Shown piece by piece: positions 1 to 8,484 of a stretch of 19,016 nucleotides of DNA. The notes beneath the pieces were generated by a model, which searched no databases, was not told where the DNA came from, and saw only the letters and a program-made list of their open reading frames with translations. How positions within the stretch are numbered: the first letter of the stretch is position 1; each line of letters opens with the position of its first letter. The position numbers and the translations under genes were made by a program. This stretch comes from a virus (Duplodnaviria > Heunggongvirae > Uroviricota > Caudoviricetes), in the IMG/VR virus record IMGVR_UViG_2636416161_000001, positions 1 to 19,016 of that record; one strand, 5' to 3'.

Positions 1-2382
1 ACCGCTGTCATACATGCCTGCAAACGGAACCGCAGCAGCCGCTGCTCCACCAACCACCTGCACCTGTGCTTTGCCTTGTGTTTTATTATTTCCGGTCATC
101 CAGTCAGGCAGATAATCGGTGACTGAGGAAAGCTTGCTTTTTAGTGTCTCCCATTTGGCATTAATTCCATTAAGAATACTGTCAATAATGGCGCTGCCCA
201 TGTCCTGAAACTTCGCAGGAAGCGCGGCAACATCAGCCAAGATCGAATTCCATTTATCACTAATAGATTGCCTGATATTAGCCCACGCCTCAGAAACGCC
301 AGATTTTATTGCATCCCAATTTTTAGCTATTAATCCCGGCAAGGTATAATTAAAGAACAGTGATTTAATCCCCTCCCATGCGGCGCTGGCCTTTTCTTTA
401 ATCCAATCCCATGCCGTACCTGTGGCATTACATACGGCATCCCACATGGCCTTGAACTTTGGCCCAAGCGTGTCCCAATTGTGCCAGATATAAATAGCAC
501 CAGCGGCGATCAGCCCAATGACAGCCAGTATAGGATTTGCAAACATCAATCGGCCCAGCCATATAACTGACTTGCCAACAGAACTGATTGCTTTCCCAAT
601 AAGACCAAATGCAGATGAAAATTTTAGCCCCATCACCCCTGCGCTCATTCGCACTACTGCCATCGGCCCTAACACGGACGCCAGCGCCAGTGAAACAACC
701 CCAGCGGCGGTGGCAACAATGGCAAAGCCAGCTGCCAGCTTAAACAGCGCAGAGGTCAATTGTGGGTGTCGTTTAACAAAACCATCCAGACGCGAAGCCA
801 GTTCACCCAACCAGTCAGCCAGCTTCTTTAATGCAGGGGCAACTGTTTCACCGATACTAGCCATAGCATTGGTAAAGGAACCTGTAGCGGCTTCCCATTT
901 ATTACCAAGAGTATTTAAGGAGGCATCAACACGCTCGCGCAGAGAAGCCTGATTTTGTAGCTTTGAAGCCGTTTCACGATACCCTGAGATGCCTTTGGTA
1001 ATCATAATATTTAGCACCTGCAGCGTTTCCGCATCATCCCCAAAAATACCTTTTAACGTAGCTAACCTTTTCTCAGTATTAAGCTTTTGGAGTTGAGCTA
1101 ATTGCGTGTACATTTTCTCCAGCCCGCCAAACTCCCCCTTTCCATCAGTAAAATCGAACCTAACGCCAGTGCCTTTTAGTTCATCATTAGCATCCTTCAC
1201 TTTTTCCGTATTCATGACGGACTGAAATACTTTTCGGTAGGCATTACCAGCTGACTCTCCAGCCATACCAGCCTGATCAGCCATAACTAATAGAGGAGCA
1301 AATGTCTTAGCCGCGTCCAATCCCTTTTTATGAATAATATCCATCGCGCTGCTGATTTTTGAGAACCCCTGCAGCATATTTCCTGAATCTACCCCCGCGT
1401 AGAATCCTTTCTGGATCACGTCCATCAGATTCATCATATCTTTTTCTGAGGTCTGAGTAGCATCTTGTAACTTAGCCGCAAACTCAGCTGCTGCAGTGGG
1501 AGCCATCTGTAACTGCACGCCAAGATAAGCTGCTGACTCTCCCAAGCCGCCCAGGATGACCTGCGCCGACATACCCTGACGGCGTAGCATAGTCATCATG
1601 TTCTGAAAGTCGGCTGTTGTTCCCGGTAGCTTATCGCCCAAAGCAACTGCAAGCCGGTTAATTTTTTCAAATTCAGGCGCTACCTTTCCGCCCGGTCCCA
1701 TCATTGAACCGGCGAGCTGATTCGCTGCATTTTCTGATTCTGAATAGGCTTTTACTGGAGCCAACAACGTCATGCCAGTAGTTACCCCAGCCGCCATCGC
1801 CCCTGCACCATTACCTGCCAGAGAGTTCCTTAACTCGCGGGTCTTTTCAGCCTTGGCTTTGATGGCGTTGAGCTTTCGCTGACGCTCGCCAACGTCACGC
1901 AGCCTGCGCTCCTGCTCAGCCAACTGTCGGTTATACCGCTCAGTTTCTCGTGCAATCCGTGCCGTCTCACGCGCTCCGCCCCCAGCAGATAACCCCAGCC
2001 GATAAAGCTCAGCCCTGGCTGCCGCCATCTGGCGAGTTTCCTGTTGCTGTTTTTGTTCAAGACGTGAAACAGCACGCCACTGAGCTTCAAGCGCCTGCGT
2101 TTGTTTTTTTGTCGGGGATTCCAAAGATGACATTTCGCGCGTCATCATTTGAGCACGTAGCCTCGCCTGATCCAGTTCGGCACCAGTACGGCTAACACTT
2201 TGAGTTAGCTGATCGAAAGATTTAAGCTGACCTCCAGCATCACTCAGCTTTTTAATCTGATCGCGGGTTTGTCGAATAGCTGATGCCAGCTCCTTAGAGC
2301 CAGCCTGTGCATTTTTAAATGGGCGGGTTAACTTATCCACCGCCCCCAGAACTACCTGCAGTCGCAGGTTATTATCACTCAT
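1..2382 (-). CDS. T: Tail tape measure protein (gpT-like), 3' end outside the window
   Basis: ATG at 2382..2380; my by-eye translation reads MSDNNLRLQVVLGAVDKL... with no stop down to position 1 (about 794 codons). Not in the ORF track because it runs off the window edge. Position directly after E/E' matches P2 gene order. Trp/Gly/Ala-rich low-complexity C-terminal part. Confidence 0.75.
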   Translation of the reverse strand, partial: MSDNNLRLQVVLGAVDKLTRPFKNAQAGSKELASAIRQTRDQIKKLSDAGGQLKSFDQLTQSVSRTGAELDQARLRAQMMTREMSSLESPTKKQTQALEAQWRAVSRLEQKQQQETRQMAAARAELYRLGLSAGGGARETARIARETERYNRQLAEQERRLRDVGERQRKLNAIKAKAEKTRELRNSLAGNGAGAMAAGVTTGMTLLAPVKAYSESENAANQLAGSMMGPGGKVAPEFEKINRLAVALGDKLPGTTADFQNMMTMLRRQGMSAQVILGGLGESAAYLGVQLQMAPTAAAEFAAKLQDATQTSEKDMMNLMDVIQKGFYAGVDSGNMLQGFSKISSAMDIIHKKGLDAAKTFAPLLVMADQAGMAGESAGNAYRKVFQSVMNTEKVKDANDELKGTGVRFDFTDGKGEFGGLEKMYTQLAQLQKLNTEKRLATLKGIFGDDAETLQVLNIMITKGISGYRETASKLQNQASLRERVDASLNTLGNKWEAATGSFTNAMASIGETVAPALKKLADWLGELASRLDGFVKRHPQLTSALFKLAAGFAIVATAAGVVSLALASVLGPMAVVRMSAGVMGLKFSSAFGLIGKAISSVGKSVIWLGRLMFANPILAVIGLIAAGAIYIWHNWDTLGPKFKAMWDAVCNATGTAWDWIKEKASAAWEGIKSLFFNYTLPGLIAKNWDAIKSGVSEAWANIRQSISDKWNSILADVAALPAKFQDMGSAIIDSILNGINAKWETLKSKLSSVTDYLPDWMTGNNKTQGKAQVQVVGGAAAAAVPFAGMYDSG

Positions 2383-2811
2383 CGCTGGCCCCGCTTCTCT
2401 GAATTGCCTTATGCCGCCACTCCAGCACATCAGTCAGCGGCATAACGTCAGTGATGGACGGCGACCAGTGAAAGATGGTGGCAATATCTGCCACCAGATC
2501 ATCAACCGTCAGGTTGTCGGCAAATCGGCAAGCACCGACTTCGGCAACAAAAAAGTCACCACCTCTACAGCCATTGCTGTCAGATCGGCGGGGTCCAGCT
2601 CTGCCATTTCCTGCGCGGTCAGCGTCGGAGTGGAGATTCGCGGGATCACAGTCATCATCGCGCCCACGTCCATATCCATAATGGCCTGCAGACGGGTGCC
2701 ACGCAGTGCGCCGGACTGCGGCTTGCGCAGCACAATTTCGGTAATTTCAGTTTTACCGCGCATGATGGGAGTATCCAGTTTTACGGTCTTTTCAGTCAGT
2801 TTGTCGCTCAT
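2375..2811 (-). CDS. E+E' tail assembly chaperone fusion made by programmed -1 frameshift (about 145 aa)
   Basis: Slippery heptamer T_TTT_TTG in the zero frame at 2554..2548 of the minus strand. The -1 frame, translated by hand, stays open for 57 codons (VAEVGACRFADNLTVDDLVADIATIFHWSPSITDVMPLTDVLEWRHKAIQRSGASDE) to TGA at 2377..2375, overlapping the T start. Analogous to P2 E/E' and lambda G/GT. Confidence 0.6.
2509..2811 (-). CDS. E: Tail assembly chaperone gpE (zero-frame product, 100 aa)
   Basis: ORF-track ORF MSDKLTEKTVKLDTPIMRGKTEITEIVLRKPQ...; ATG at 2811; lies between FII and T as in P2. Confidence 0.8.
   Translation of the reverse strand: MSDKLTEKTVKLDTPIMRGKTEITEIVLRKPQSGALRGTRLQAIMDMDVGAMMTVIPRISTPTLTAQEMAELDPADLTAMAVEVVTFLLPKSVLADLPTT
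2548..2554 (-). promoter_or_regulatory. -1 ribosomal frameshift slippery site TTTTTTG (X_XXY_YYZ phase)
   Basis: Plus strand shows c-aaaaaa-g at 2548..2555; the minus strand reads AC-T TTT TTG in the E frame (codons ACT 2556..2554, TTT 2553..2551, TTG 2550..2548). Confidence 0.6.
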
Positions 2812-2836
2812 GTTCGTTTCCTGTTAATAAACTACT

Positions 2837-2854
2837 GGCGCGGCTGCCCGCGCC
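2837..2854 (-). terminator. GC-rich hairpin between FII and E (possible attenuating terminator or mRNA stabiliser)
   Basis: ggcgcgg (2837..2843) pairs with ccgcgcc (2848..2854) around a 4-nt loop. On the minus-strand transcript it is followed by AGUAGUUUAUUAAC, an interrupted U tract. Confidence 0.35.
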
Positions 2855-2865
2855 GTTAAGGTTAA

Positions 2866-3381
2866 TCAGAGGCCGAGGGCGTTACGGTGTTCTTCCATCA
2901 GGTCCACGCCGTCAACGATTTCAACCATGTTGACCAGATCGACCTCATAGAGCACTTCGCCGTTAATGGTCAGCTTCGCGTAGCTGTTGGTGCTACTGAC
3001 CTTGGTGCTGCTGCTCTCGCCGGTTTTCCACTCGCCGGAATCCACTTCTTTATGACGCCCGCGCACAACCAGCTCAACAGCCTGCACTTCGCCGGTATCG
3101 TCGCGCTGAATGGAACCGGTGAAACGCAGCTGGATGCCGTCAACGGTGGCCTTGCCCATCTGCTTGAATAACAGCAGTTCGGTGCCGCCGATTGAAAATT
3201 CCGTGTCCAGTGCGCCGTCATCCAGCCCCATGTCCACGTCCACCGCGCCCGGCATACCGCCGCCGCGATACTTCTCAAACTTGCGGGTGAATTTCGGCAG
3301 GGTCAGAGACTCAACGATCCCCTGCCAGTTGTTCCCGTCGTTGAACAGGTTCAGATGTTTTAACTTGCGTGGTAAAGCCAT
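2866..3381 (-). CDS. FII: Tail tube protein FII
   Basis: 171 aa ORF MALPRKLKHLNLFNDGNNWQG... with a C-terminal ...MEEHRNALGL, recognised as P2 FII-like; starts 9 nt after the FI stop. Confidence 0.9.
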   Translation of the reverse strand: MALPRKLKHLNLFNDGNNWQGIVESLTLPKFTRKFEKYRGGGMPGAVDVDMGLDDGALDTEFSIGGTELLLFKQMGKATVDGIQLRFTGSIQRDDTGEVQAVELVVRGRHKEVDSGEWKTGESSSTKVSSTNSYAKLTINGEVLYEVDLVNMVEIVDGVDLMEEHRNALGL

Positions 3382-3390
3382 GGTGTCCCC

Positions 3391-4563
3391 TTACGCGCTG
3401 ACCTGGCTGGAGAAATCCAGCAGGTACTGATCGGTGATGCGCTGGCGCAGCATCAGGTTTTCAAGCGGCGGCACCGGCGTGTAGTCGTAGTCGATGGTGA
3501 GCTTCCCGGCTTTCAGGGAGTCTTTATCGTTCACCGACTCATCCAGCCAGCAGTCAGCGCCGATGATGTAGCCCTGCGTTTTCAGGCTGCGCAGCTTGGC
3601 GCGGATACCTTCGATAATGTCACGGGCCAGCGACGGGTTAAGCACGCCATCCACCGCCCACATGTGCGCTTCTGCGATGGTGTCAGCCAGCACCTGCGCC
3701 GTGCGGGTGTAGTTCTCAAAGGCAAACAGCGGATCGTCACTGAGGCAGCGGGAACCCCAGAAGCGGAAGCCATCTTTGCGGATAAGCGTGGTGACATCAT
3801 TCTGGTTCAGCAGCCCCGCATCGGTTGCCGGGTCCTGCAGGTCCCAGAACACATCTGCAGAAATGCCGGTGACGCCATTCACGCCCACGTTGGACAGGGT
3901 TTTGTGCCAGCCGGTCTGCTCGTCAATTTTGGCACGCAGGCCGAGCGCACGGGCGGAGGCGTAAGCCGTCGCGTCTGCATTCAGCACGGTGTCAAAGTTG
4001 ATGAAGTCAGGCCAGATCAGCATCCCCTCGCGCTGACTGAAATTGTCACGGTAGGCAATCGCTTCTTCTACCGTTTTGCAGCCATAAGCGGACAAGTAGG
4101 CAAACCCGCGCAGGCTCTGCGCCACGCTCAACAGCTCAGTAGCAACCGCCTGCGTGTCATGCCCCGGCACGCCGAGAATGCGCGGCTTGACGCCCAGCTG
4201 CGACTGCGCCGAAAGCAGCGCTTTCATACCCGTTTTTTTACCGTCAGCGGTCACGCCGCCGATAATGTTGGAGGTTGTTTCCGCTTCGGTTTCGCCCTGT
4301 GCCACGCGCACAACGACGGTCACGGGTTTAGCCTGGTCGGCAATGGCATCCAGCGAGCGGGCCAGCGTGCCGGACTCACCCGCTTTGCCGCTGGCGGTCA
4401 GCACATCGGTCAGCAGGACCGGCTTATTGAGGGGAAACATGGACGCATCAGCATCATCGCCGGTGCAGACCATGCCCACGATGGCGGTGCTCACCGTGGT
4501 AATGGATCGGGTGCCCTCGTTGACTTCAACAACGCGCACCCCGTGGTGGTAATCCTGAGCCAT
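3391..4563 (-). CDS. FI: Contractile tail sheath protein FI
   Basis: ORF-track ORF 3391..4665; the likely real start is the internal ATG at 4563 ([19 protein letters not shown]...), preceded by GGAGAG. Recognised as P2 FI-like along its length (...[25 protein letters not shown]...). Confidence 0.9.
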   Translation of the reverse strand: MAQDYHHGVRVVEVNEGTRSITTVSTAIVGMVCTGDDADASMFPLNKPVLLTDVLTASGKAGESGTLARSLDAIADQAKPVTVVVRVAQGETEAETTSNIIGGVTADGKKTGMKALLSAQSQLGVKPRILGVPGHDTQAVATELLSVAQSLRGFAYLSAYGCKTVEEAIAYRDNFSQREGMLIWPDFINFDTVLNADATAYASARALGLRAKIDEQTGWHKTLSNVGVNGVTGISADVFWDLQDPATDAGLLNQNDVTTLIRKDGFRFWGSRCLSDDPLFAFENYTRTAQVLADTIAEAHMWAVDGVLNPSLARDIIEGIRAKLRSLKTQGYIIGADCWLDESVNDKDSLKAGKLTIDYDYTPVPPLENLMLRQRITDQYLLDFSSQVSA

Positions 4564-4636
4564 AAGGCAGTCTCTCCGGTTACAGGGGGTCTGCTTATGT
4601 TCTGAATGATGAGCACATAACGCACGCATCCTGCTA

Positions 4637-4654
4637 TGTGTCAGGCATGGCACA
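4637..4654 (-). promoter_or_regulatory. TGT-N12-ACA dyad, candidate Ogr/Delta-dependent late promoter element for the FI operon
   Basis: tgt gtcaggcatggc aca; centre lies 82.5 bp upstream of the FI ATG, in the 104-bp gap between the invertase stop and the FI start. Confidence 0.5.
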
Positions 4655-4667
4655 ACAAGCGGCAAAA

Positions 4668-5234
4668 CTATTGAGTGGAAGCTAACGGAGTGGCAGGGAA
4701 TTTTTTATAAAGCGTAGATACCCCCACATCAAAAATAAGGGCCACTCTTTGCCGGGTTTCGCCTGCAGCAATTAACCGCCCGGCTTGCTCCCACTGTTCC
4801 GGCGTTAACTTAGGCCGCCGTCCTCCTATTCTTCCTTGTACTCTTGCAGCAGCTAATCCCGCACGAGTTCTCTCAACGATTAACTCACGTTCCATTTCAG
4901 CCAGGGCGCCCATGATGTGAAAGAAAAAGCGCCCCATGGGTGTCGAGGTATCAATGCTGTCCGTCAGACTGCGGAAATTAACAGCCCGCTGCCGCAGTTC
5001 CTCCACGAGAACCACCAGATGCCGCATACTGCGCCCAAGTCGATCAAGCTTCCAGACAACCAACGTATCTCCCGGTGACAGGGTTTTAAGCAGCTTTTTT
5101 AATCCGGGGCGGTCCGATGTTTTACCGCTCATTTTGTCCTCAAAAATCAGCTCACATCCTGACCGCTCCAGCGCATCACGCTGCAGCGCCGTGTTTTGTT
5201 CATTTGTTGATACGCGCACATAGCCAACCTGCAT
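4668..5234 (-). CDS. Serine DNA invertase (Hin/Gin/Cin/Pin family)
   Basis: [38 protein letters not shown]...[15 protein letters not shown]...[35 protein letters not shown]...GVSTLYKKF: catalytic-serine N-terminal motif, resolvase core and C-terminal HTH. Start taken as ATG 5234 (the ORF-track start 5252 is TTG). AAGGGAA precedes the ATG. Confidence 0.9.
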   Translation of the reverse strand: MQVGYVRVSTNEQNTALQRDALERSGCELIFEDKMSGKTSDRPGLKKLLKTLSPGDTLVVWKLDRLGRSMRHLVVLVEELRQRAVNFRSLTDSIDTSTPMGRFFFHIMGALAEMERELIVERTRAGLAAARVQGRIGGRRPKLTPEQWEQAGRLIAAGETRQRVALIFDVGVSTLYKKFPATPLASTQ

Positions 5235-5288
5235 CTGTTTTCCCTTATGCAAAAGCCCGAATGATGCCAGCCAGGCAGGAAAACTGCA

Positions 5289-5314
5289 TTTTCTTAAACG
5301 TTGGTTTAGGAGGA
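5289..5314. repeat. Invertase crossover site 1 (gix/hix-like)
   Basis: ttttcttaaacg TT ggtttaggagga; the right half resembles the gix half-site as I recall it (GGTTTACAGGAA). The core TT occupies codon positions 2-3 of the alternative fibre frame. Confidence 0.55.
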
Positions 5315-5644
5315 GCCGCTAAGTTAGATGCAGCAAGTGCATCATTTGGAGAAAATGGCTGGTTGAGATTACCTGTGCTACTTGGCACTGATAAAAAGAC
5401 GCTTATCATTCAATGGGCATACGGCACAGCTGGAGGATCAAATTCTACAGGGCTTGTTTGTAACTTCCCTTTCACCTTTCCAAATCAGGTATTTACAGTT
5501 ATGACTGGTAATGTCGATCAGACATATACGTCAACCTCTATTCCTGGAGCGATAGGGTTCTGCAATGTTACAAGGGCGTCAATTATTGCAAAAAGCACCT
5601 TGTCATCATCAGAACAATTCTATTATCTGGCTATAGGTTATTAA
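5300..5644 (+). CDS. Promoterless alternative tail-fibre C-terminal segment (Sv'-like), expressed only after inversion
   Basis: Open frame ...VGLGGAAKLDAASASFGENGWLRLPVLLGTDKKTLIIQWAYGTAGGSNSTGL...QFYYLAIGY, homologous to the present H C-terminus (...[18 protein letters not shown]...FNYLAIGY). No start codon of its own; in frame with H across the crossover core. Confidence 0.7.
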   Translation, partial: VGLGGAAKLDAASASFGENGWLRLPVLLGTDKKTLIIQWAYGTAGGSNSTGLVCNFPFTFPNQVFTVMTGNVDQTYTSTSIPGAIGFCNVTRASIIAKSTLSSSEQFYYLAIGY

Positions 5645-5645
5645 T

Positions 5646-6077
5646 ATGGATAAGTTTTTTTATAGTCCTTCCAAAAATGAGTTTTATCTTTCTGATTTAA
5701 GATCTGAATACCTTAAATCAGGGGCGTGGCCTGAGGATTCAGTGGAAGTTAGCGATGATATTGTATTTAACTTTATTCAGACGCCTGCTGAAAAAGGAAA
5801 GATGAGAATAGCAGGTGATGACGGCCTTCCGGCATGGACAGATATACCAGCACCAACTCAAGAAGACATAATTGCTGCAAATGAAGACAAAAAAGCAGCC
5901 CTGCGCGTTATTGCAGATTCAGAAATAGCATGGCGACAGGATGCCGTTGATGTAGGCATCGCGACGGAAGTTGAAACCGCCGCGCTTACTGAATGGAAAA
6001 AATACCGGGTGCTGCTGATGCGTGTTGAAACAGCAGACCCGGAATGGCCTACGCCTCCGGCGACTCAGGCCAGTTAA
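5646..6077 (+). CDS. Tail fibre assembly protein (alternative copy, lambda Tfa-like)
   Basis: MDKFFYSPSKNEFY... N-terminus and ...TEWKKYRVLLMRVETADPEWPTPP C-terminus; ATG lies 1 nt after the alternative fibre stop. Confidence 0.8.
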   Translation: MDKFFYSPSKNEFYLSDLRSEYLKSGAWPEDSVEVSDDIVFNFIQTPAEKGKMRIAGDDGLPAWTDIPAPTQEDIIAANEDKKAALRVIADSEIAWRQDAVDVGIATEVETAALTEWKKYRVLLMRVETADPEWPTPPATQAS

Positions 6078-6483
6078 TATCTGGTGCGCCGGAGGTGTCT
6101 ACGGCCTCCAGCGCATCGAGATAATCCAGCCACAGATTATATTGCCCTTTTTCCACGTCTTTCAGGCGACCTAAAGCGGCTTTGCCGGGCCACTGCTTAC
6201 TATTGATGTAATTGTTCGCTTGTTCAATAAGGTATTGTTTTTTTGCTTCAGCATTTGCAATTAACTCATCTTGTGTAGGTTCAGGGCGCAGAACCCAGAC
6301 TGGCATGTTTTTATCGCTAACCCCACGAATCATTCCCTCAGGTGGAATTCCTGTGAACTCTATAAAAATAGAATCTTCTACATCAACTCCATCCTCCGGC
6401 CATGAGTCTGTTGCTTCGTATGAAGTTTTTAGCTCAAACGGATAGAAAGCATTTTTTGATGGACTAAAAATATAATTTCCCAT
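6049..6483 (-). CDS. Tail fibre assembly protein (copy expressed in the current orientation)
   Basis: MGNYIFSPSKNAFYPFEL... (ATG 6483, 1 nt after the H stop; the ORF track extends to 6495). C-terminus ...DINWPESPEA. Its 3' end overlaps the convergent tfa' by 29 nt. Confidence 0.8.
   Translation of the reverse strand: MGNYIFSPSKNAFYPFELKTSYEATDSWPEDGVDVEDSIFIEFTGIPPEGMIRGVSDKNMPVWVLRPEPTQDELIANAEAKKQYLIEQANNYINSKQWPGKAALGRLKDVEKGQYNLWLDYLDALEAVDTSGAPDINWPESPEA
6052..6097. other. Dyad symmetry at the overlapping 3' ends of the two tfa genes, near the centre of the invertible segment
   Basis: cgcctccggcg (6052..6062) and cgccggaggtg (6087..6097) form an 11-bp inverted repeat with one mismatch, with inner ccag/ctgg pairing. 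Dyad centre 6074.5 versus segment centre 6067.5. Confidence 0.4.
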
Positions 6484-6484
6484 G

Positions 6485-7882
6485 TCAGTACCCAATCGCT
6501 AAATAGTTAAAGGCATCCGAGTTAGCTGCGGCTGACTTCGCAATAAACCCAGTGGTAGTGGGCGACGAAATACCGACTGCTGCTGGCTGTTGTTCTGAAG
6601 TATAAGAGGGGTCAATCTGCCCGGTCGTAATGATGATAATCCCTGACGGGAATGGAATTGGGAACGTATTAGATATTCCCGTTGATGCTGAGTTACCTGC
6701 ATTCGCAGATCCCCACTGCAAAATGTATCCTCCCGGTAGTTTTTGATACCCAGATCCTGACGCGAAGGCGGACATGTCCGGTATCTGATTTGCCCCCGTC
6801 CCGACATTCCTTTTCGATGCCGTTCCCAAACCAAGGTATGCGAGAAGACCAGCTACATCCTTTCCACTCAAATGAGTCAGCGTATTGTCCAGCGGTTGTT
6901 TACCTGCCAGTGCATTAAGCATTGTCGTGGCAAAGTTCGGGTCATTCCCCAGCGCCGCCGCCAGTTCGTTCAGTGTATCCAGTGCCGCAGGTGCAGAACC
7001 CACCATTGCCGCAATCGCCGATTTCACAAAAGCCGTAGTGGCAATCTGTGTATTGTTGACCGACTGTGCCGCCGTGGGGGCTGTTGGCGTTCCGGTGAGT
7101 GCCGGACTCGACAACGGTGCTTTTAGTGCCAGCACATTGTTAATGGTGGTACTGAAATTCGGATCATTGTTAATGGCTGCGGCTATTTCTTTCAGCGTGT
7201 CCAGCGTGGCTGGCGCACCATTAATAAGGGCCGTCAGTGCCGCCTGTACAAACGCGGTGGTCGCAAGCTGCGTGGTATTATTCCCCGCCGCTGGCGTTGG
7301 CGCTTTGGGGGTTCCGGTAAACGTTGGACTTTCTTTGGGTGCATACTGTGAATGCGGGTCCGGCGCGGCAAGATGTTTTGCCATCAGGTCATCCACGTAC
7401 ACCTTCAGCTCCAGTGCCTTGTCATCCACATACTTGCGGGTTGCCAGCACTACAGCAGGGTCGATTTTCAGGGTGATATTGTCCGTGCTGCTGGTAATCA
7501 GCACCATGCGCACGGTCTGGGTACGCCCGCTGCCTTCAGCCAGTTGCGGCTTATAGCTTTCCGGGCAGTTGCCCACGGCAATCAATGCCCCGGACTCATC
7601 AAACAGACCCACTTCACGTATCCACCAACCACCCTCATTTTCAGGGATCACCTGTTCAGCAATAATCTGGCTGCTGTTCTGCGGGTCGATATAGAGCATA
7701 TTCAGCGCAGCCCGGCGTTTCTCATTTACCAGTGCCGTCTGCTTTGCGTCCGGCGTCGGCAATGCTCCGCCGCCATCGCCCACCGCCATATGGGTAATTT
7801 TTAGCGGCACACCGAGCGCGGCGGCGCTGGCAAGTTTCGCCGCGCCAATATCCGTCAGCAGGGTATAAAATTTTGTGCTCAT
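6485..7882 (-). CDS. H: Tail fibre protein gpH (constant N-terminal part plus currently fused variable C-terminus)
   Basis: 465 aa [42 protein letters not shown]..., recognised as P2 gpH-like at the N-terminus. Start overlaps the I stop (ATGA). C-terminus ends ...NYLAIGY. Confidence 0.9.
   Translation of the reverse strand: MSTKFYTLLTDIGAAKLASAAALGVPLKITHMAVGDGGGALPTPDAKQTALVNEKRRAALNMLYIDPQNSSQIIAEQVIPENEGGWWIREVGLFDESGALIAVGNCPESYKPQLAEGSGRTQTVRMVLITSSTDNITLKIDPAVVLATRKYVDDKALELKVYVDDLMAKHLAAPDPHSQYAPKESPTFTGTPKAPTPAAGNNTTQLATTAFVQAALTALINGAPATLDTLKEIAAAINNDPNFSTTINNVLALKAPLSSPALTGTPTAPTAAQSVNNTQIATTAFVKSAIAAMVGSAPAALDTLNELAAALGNDPNFATTMLNALAGKQPLDNTLTHLSGKDVAGLLAYLGLGTASKRNVGTGANQIPDMSAFASGSGYQKLPGGYILQWGSANAGNSASTGISNTFPIPFPSGIIIITTGQIDPSYTSEQQPAAVGISSPTTTGFIAKSAAANSDAFNYLAIGY
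6821..6846. repeat. Invertase crossover site 2 (gix/hix-like), inside H
   Basis: cgttcccaaacc AA ggtatgcgagaa; left half close to the gix-type half-site TTCC..AAACC. Core is inverted relative to site 1 and in the same codon phase (H codons TAC CTT GGT TTG GGA = YLGLG). Confidence 0.55.
6887..7327 (-). repeat. Tandem duplicated module of about 74 aa (about 222 bp) inside H
   Basis: [72 protein letters not shown] and [72 protein letters not shown], visible also as diverged nucleotide repeats. Confidence 0.5.
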
Positions 7883-8484
7883 GGATTCACTCTCATTGTG
7901 TCAATAACATGGACCGCCCCGCCTTCATGCGCGGTGCCGCCGGAAATAATTGTTTCGTTGATATACGGATAGATCGTGATTTCTTCGCCAAGATAGCTGG
8001 CGGCCCCCACCCAATGCGGACCGCTGGTCTGCAGATTGATGGACATGCCGATCATGTGACGGCTACATGGTTTGGCATCGCTTATCAGCCGCTCAAGTTC
8101 CAGATAGGTATCTTCAGTGATGCCCTGGTCCTGCACGCCGATATCCAGGCGAAACGTGCCCGGTGTTTCTCCGGTCTGCCACCACTCAATAATGCGGATC
8201 AGGAAGCCGAACGGCTCCACCACCCGCCGTACGGCACTGGTGGTTCCTTTGTGCTGATGAATATAAAAAGCATCCTTCACTACCTGGCGTTTGACGCTTT
8301 CTGTCCAGCCCTCGTCCCAGCGATCCACAGAGAACGCCCAGGCGAGATAAGGCAGGAAACTGACCGGACAGGTTGCCGGATTCCACAAGTCACGAAGCGG
8401 CACCTGCAGATCAGAAATCCCGCTGCAGGTTTGCGCCAGTCGGCGCTCCAGTGAAGTTGAACCCGGTGGCAGCAGACTATTCAT
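7879..8484 (-). CDS. I: Baseplate assembly protein gpI
   Basis: 201 aa ORF ...[29 protein letters not shown]...GTFRLDIGV..., recognised as P2 gpI-like; ATG 8484; stop overlaps the H start. Confidence 0.85.
   Translation of the reverse strand: MNSLLPPGSTSLERRLAQTCSGISDLQVPLRDLWNPATCPVSFLPYLAWAFSVDRWDEGWTESVKRQVVKDAFYIHQHKGTTSAVRRVVEPFGFLIRIIEWWQTGETPGTFRLDIGVQDQGITEDTYLELERLISDAKPCSRHMIGMSINLQTSGPHWVGAASYLGEEITIYPYINETIISGGTAHEGGAVHVIDTMRVNP

Larger units (their letters stand above)
5289..6846. mobile_element. Invertible tail-fibre segment (G-segment/C-segment type host-range switch)
   Basis: Bounded by two 26-bp gix/hix-like sites in inverted orientation. Contains the 3' variable end of H plus tfa on the minus strand, and a promoterless alternative fibre end plus tfa' on the plus strand. 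The invertase gene lies immediately outside. Confidence 0.65.

Noticed and set aside
3664-4605. 313-aa plus-strand ORF, with similar long plus-strand ORFs at 6885..7556, 7873..8454, 10342..10899 and 13941..14423
   Set aside because: They are antisense to well-supported, tightly packed phage genes in GC-rich sequence, have low-complexity Arg/Ala/Gly-rich translations and no ribosome-binding context.
5117-5299. Upstream part of the ORF-track ORF 5117..5644 ([15 protein letters not shown]...)
   Set aside because: The ATG at 5117 lies inside the invertase coding region on the opposite strand. The real coding part begins at the crossover site and needs fusion to H after inversion, so the upstream portion is just open frame through the invertase 5' end and promoter.
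4564-5300. Looked for cargo, moron or defence genes at the tail-fibre/FI junction (the Z/fun-equivalent hotspot) and in the S-V gap
   Set aside because: Only the invertase and the FI promoter region are present; no additional ORF with a start and ribosome-binding site fits. No undescribed gene system is supported in this window.
7312-7337. Third gix-like sequence (ttccggtaaacg TT ggactttctttg) inside H, with a good left half
   Set aside because: Its right half is poor, its core falls in a different codon phase (inversion would break the H frame), and it coincides with the start of the internal H repeat. Treated as a chance partial match.
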